Below are positions 62,125 through 64,000 of a stretch of DNA of 64,000 nt, one piece after another. The position numbers were made by a program, and so were the translations under genes. The DNA comes from a virus. Each line of letters starts with the position of its first letter. Positions within the stretch are counted from its first letter, which is position 1. The DNA lies in IMG/VR virus record IMGVR_UViG_3300021963_000035, positions 32,001 through 96,000 of that record; one strand, written 5' to 3'. The notes under the pieces were generated by a model. The model was not told the origin of the DNA and did no database searches. It worked only from the letters and a program-made list of their open reading frames with translations.

Positions 62125-62820
62125 ATGATCATAGGTATTTGCGGATTTATTGGCAGCGGCAAAGACACAGTTGCCGACTATCTGGTTAACTTCCACGGAT
62201 TTCGTAGAGAAAGCTTCGCTAACACATTAAAAGACGCGGTTGCAGCCGTTTTTGGTTGGGACCGCGTTCTCTTAGAAGGACGTACAAAAGAAGCTCGAGA
62301 GTGGCGAGAGCAAAAAGATGAATGGTGGAGCAATCGACTAGGCCGTGATATAACTCCTCGTTGGGTGTTACAATACTGGGGCACCGAAGTGTGCCGCAGA
62401 GGATTCCACGACGATATTTGGATTGCTAGTTTAGAGAATAAACTACGTAATAGCAAAGACGATGTGGTAATTTCAGACTGCCGCTTTCCTAATGAAATTT
62501 CTGCTATCAAAAAAGCCAACGGAAAAGTAGTGCGAGTTATTCGAGGTGCAGAACCCGAGTGGTATCAGGATGCAGTTAATGTAAATGCTGGTCCTACTGG
62601 TAACATGGCCTGGGCATTGAGCAAAGACAAGCTTAATAAATTAGGCATTCACGCTAGCGAAACATCCTGGGTAGGAACTAAATTTGATCACATGCTAGAC
62701 AATAATTCTACGATTGACGATCTGTTTAGGCAGGTTAGAAATCTGGTACAAGATCCCCTTGACGCCAGTGAATCCCCTCTTTATGTAACAGTCTCTGACA
62801 GTTTGCACATACAGTCTTAA
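62125..62820 (+). CDS. gp1: Deoxynucleoside monophosphate kinase
   Basis: IIGICGFIGSGKDT P-loop, FA..LKD, TPRWVLQYWGTE, ISDCRF.NE, HASE. Confidence 0.93.
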   Translation: MIIGICGFIGSGKDTVADYLVNFHGFRRESFANTLKDAVAAVFGWDRVLLEGRTKEAREWREQKDEWWSNRLGRDITPRWVLQYWGTEVCRRGFHDDIWIASLENKLRNSKDDVVISDCRFPNEISAIKKANGKVVRVIRGAEPEWYQDAVNVNAGPTGNMAWALSKDKLNKLGIHASETSWVGTKFDHMLDNNSTIDDLFRQVRNLVQDPLDASESPLYVTVSDSLHIQS

Positions 62821-63067
62821 GATTACTATAACGACAGTTGTTAAGATCCCCGTCCACATGAAATACCGCAAATACTTCAGGATGGGGACTCTTAAACCCG
62901 CACTTATCACACTGGGTTTTTTTCTTATATCCAGCCCGCATCCATCTAGGTGTTGATACTTCTCCTTTATAAAGGCACTTTTCACAGAGCCTTCTATAAA
63001 AGGTCTTTCCATTTTTTCTATAATTAACGGCTGCTGGTCGCATACCGCACTTACAAAGCGGTCTCAT
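62735..63067 (-). CDS. Zinc-binding HNH-like protein
   Basis: Several CxxC motifs; FHVDGDLNN....NLKTVCANC; TAAATA 5 nt upstream. Confidence 0.75.
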   Translation of the reverse strand: MRPLCKCGMRPAAVNYRKNGKTFYRRLCEKCLYKGEVSTPRWMRAGYKKKTQCDKCGFKSPHPEVFAVFHVDGDLNNCRYSNLKTVCANCQRLLHKEGIHWRQGDLVPDF

Positions 63068-63173
63068 GCAAATATTTACACCTTTTTGGCCCCTTTTAAT
63101 CTAGTTCAAACAATGCATTTTTTCAAAATGCCGCTAAATATTATGAGTAGATTAATACCGGGAGATTTATCAG

Positions 63174-64000
63174 ATGGCAACATTAAATTCACCAGGCGTA
63201 GACGTAAGCGTAATTGACGAGAGTTTTTACACACCGGCTGAGCCAGGAACAGTTCCACTCATTGTAGTGGCTACCTCACAGAATAAGAAAAACGGTGCTG
63301 GCACAGGCACAGCATCGGGAACGACCAAAGCTAACGCAGGTAAAGCAATCAAAATTACTAGCCAAAGAGACCTTGTTGATCTCTACGGTGTACCGTTTTT
63401 TGAGAAGACAGTTAGCGGAACTCCAATTCACGGAAGTGAAAGAAATGAGTTCGGTTTATTAGCAGCATACAGCTTGTTAGGTGTATCAAACGCAGCATTT
63501 ATTGTAAGAGCTGACGTAGACCTAGCACAATTAGAAGGCACAACAACAGCCCCGGGAGCGAATCCAAGTAACGGCGACTGGTGGTTAGATACAAAGAATT
63601 CTTTATTTGGTGTGTTTGAATGGAACGGATCAGCTGCATCGACAGTTGGCGGTCAGAAATTTACAAACAAGATTCCTCGTGTTTTAACATCAGATGACGC
63701 TATCAATGTATCAAACGGAGTACCAAAAGATTCATTTGGCACTATCGGAGAATATGCAGTAGTTGTAGAAACTACAGATGCTTATTCTTCAACTAAAGAA
63801 CCGGGTAGAATCTATTACAAGAGAGACACAGCTACGCTAGGCGTATCTGGCGCTTGGGTATTATTAGGTTCAAACGATTGGTATCGTTCACATCCTACCG
63901 TTAAAGGTACTGTTCAATCTCCAACAATTACCGCAACCAACACATTCTATATCAATGGAACAATGATCACAGCCAGCGGCACAACTGCTACTTCGTTAGT
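63174..64000 (+). CDS. gp18: Tail sheath protein, partial (runs off the window end)
   Basis: MATLNSPGVDVSVIDESFYTPAEPGTVPLIV N-terminus; TAAATA (63135-63140) and SD GGAG upstream. Confidence 0.92.
   Translation, partial: MATLNSPGVDVSVIDESFYTPAEPGTVPLIVVATSQNKKNGAGTGTASGTTKANAGKAIKITSQRDLVDLYGVPFFEKTVSGTPIHGSERNEFGLLAAYSLLGVSNAAFIVRADVDLAQLEGTTTAPGANPSNGDWWLDTKNSLFGVFEWNGSAASTVGGQKFTNKIPRVLTSDDAINVSNGVPKDSFGTIGEYAVVVETTDAYSSTKEPGRIYYKRDTATLGVSGAWVLLGSNDWYRSHPTVKGTVQSPTITATNTFYINGTMITASGTTATSL

Noticed and set aside
1-64000. Genome-wide stop codon reassignment (TAG to Gln, code 15)
   Set aside because: Only one in-frame TAG was found; very long late genes are open under the standard code and several genes end in TAG.

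Overview
A 64 kb AT-rich segment of a large T4-related myovirus genome; host and clade cannot be read from the sequence. It is almost entirely virion morphogenesis genes. In order: baseplate (giant partial wedge protein, gp6, gp25, gp5, hub, gp53, tube cap); an inserted block of gp55 late sigma, gp47/gp46 and a GIY-YIG nuclease; gp26 and the tape measure; the head module (gp20, core, gp21, gp22, gp23); ~25 kb of fibre/appendage genes; gp15, gp14, gp13; dNMP kinase; an HNH-like gene; and the start of the tail sheath gp18. No tRNA, CRISPR array, integrase or reverse transcriptase was seen. Best leads: (1) a ~350 nt highly structured, pseudoknotted non-coding element starting at the stop codon of the GIY-YIG gene, followed by direct repeats and GCGNAGC DNA mini-hairpins (candidate nuclease-associated RNA and/or RNA-primed origin); (2) a candidate programmed -1 frameshift (A AAU UUU UUC plus a 3' stem) fusing gp26 to an unlisted downstream frame, like lambda G/GT; (3) a single in-frame TAG in the major capsid gene; (4) two structured late 5' leaders and a class of apparently leaderless late genes; (5) phycobiliprotein-like KCxRD motifs and a repeated 'C-terminal ALG helix + partner gene' layout in the fibre genes. 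Product calls come from motif recognition and synteny, not database searches.
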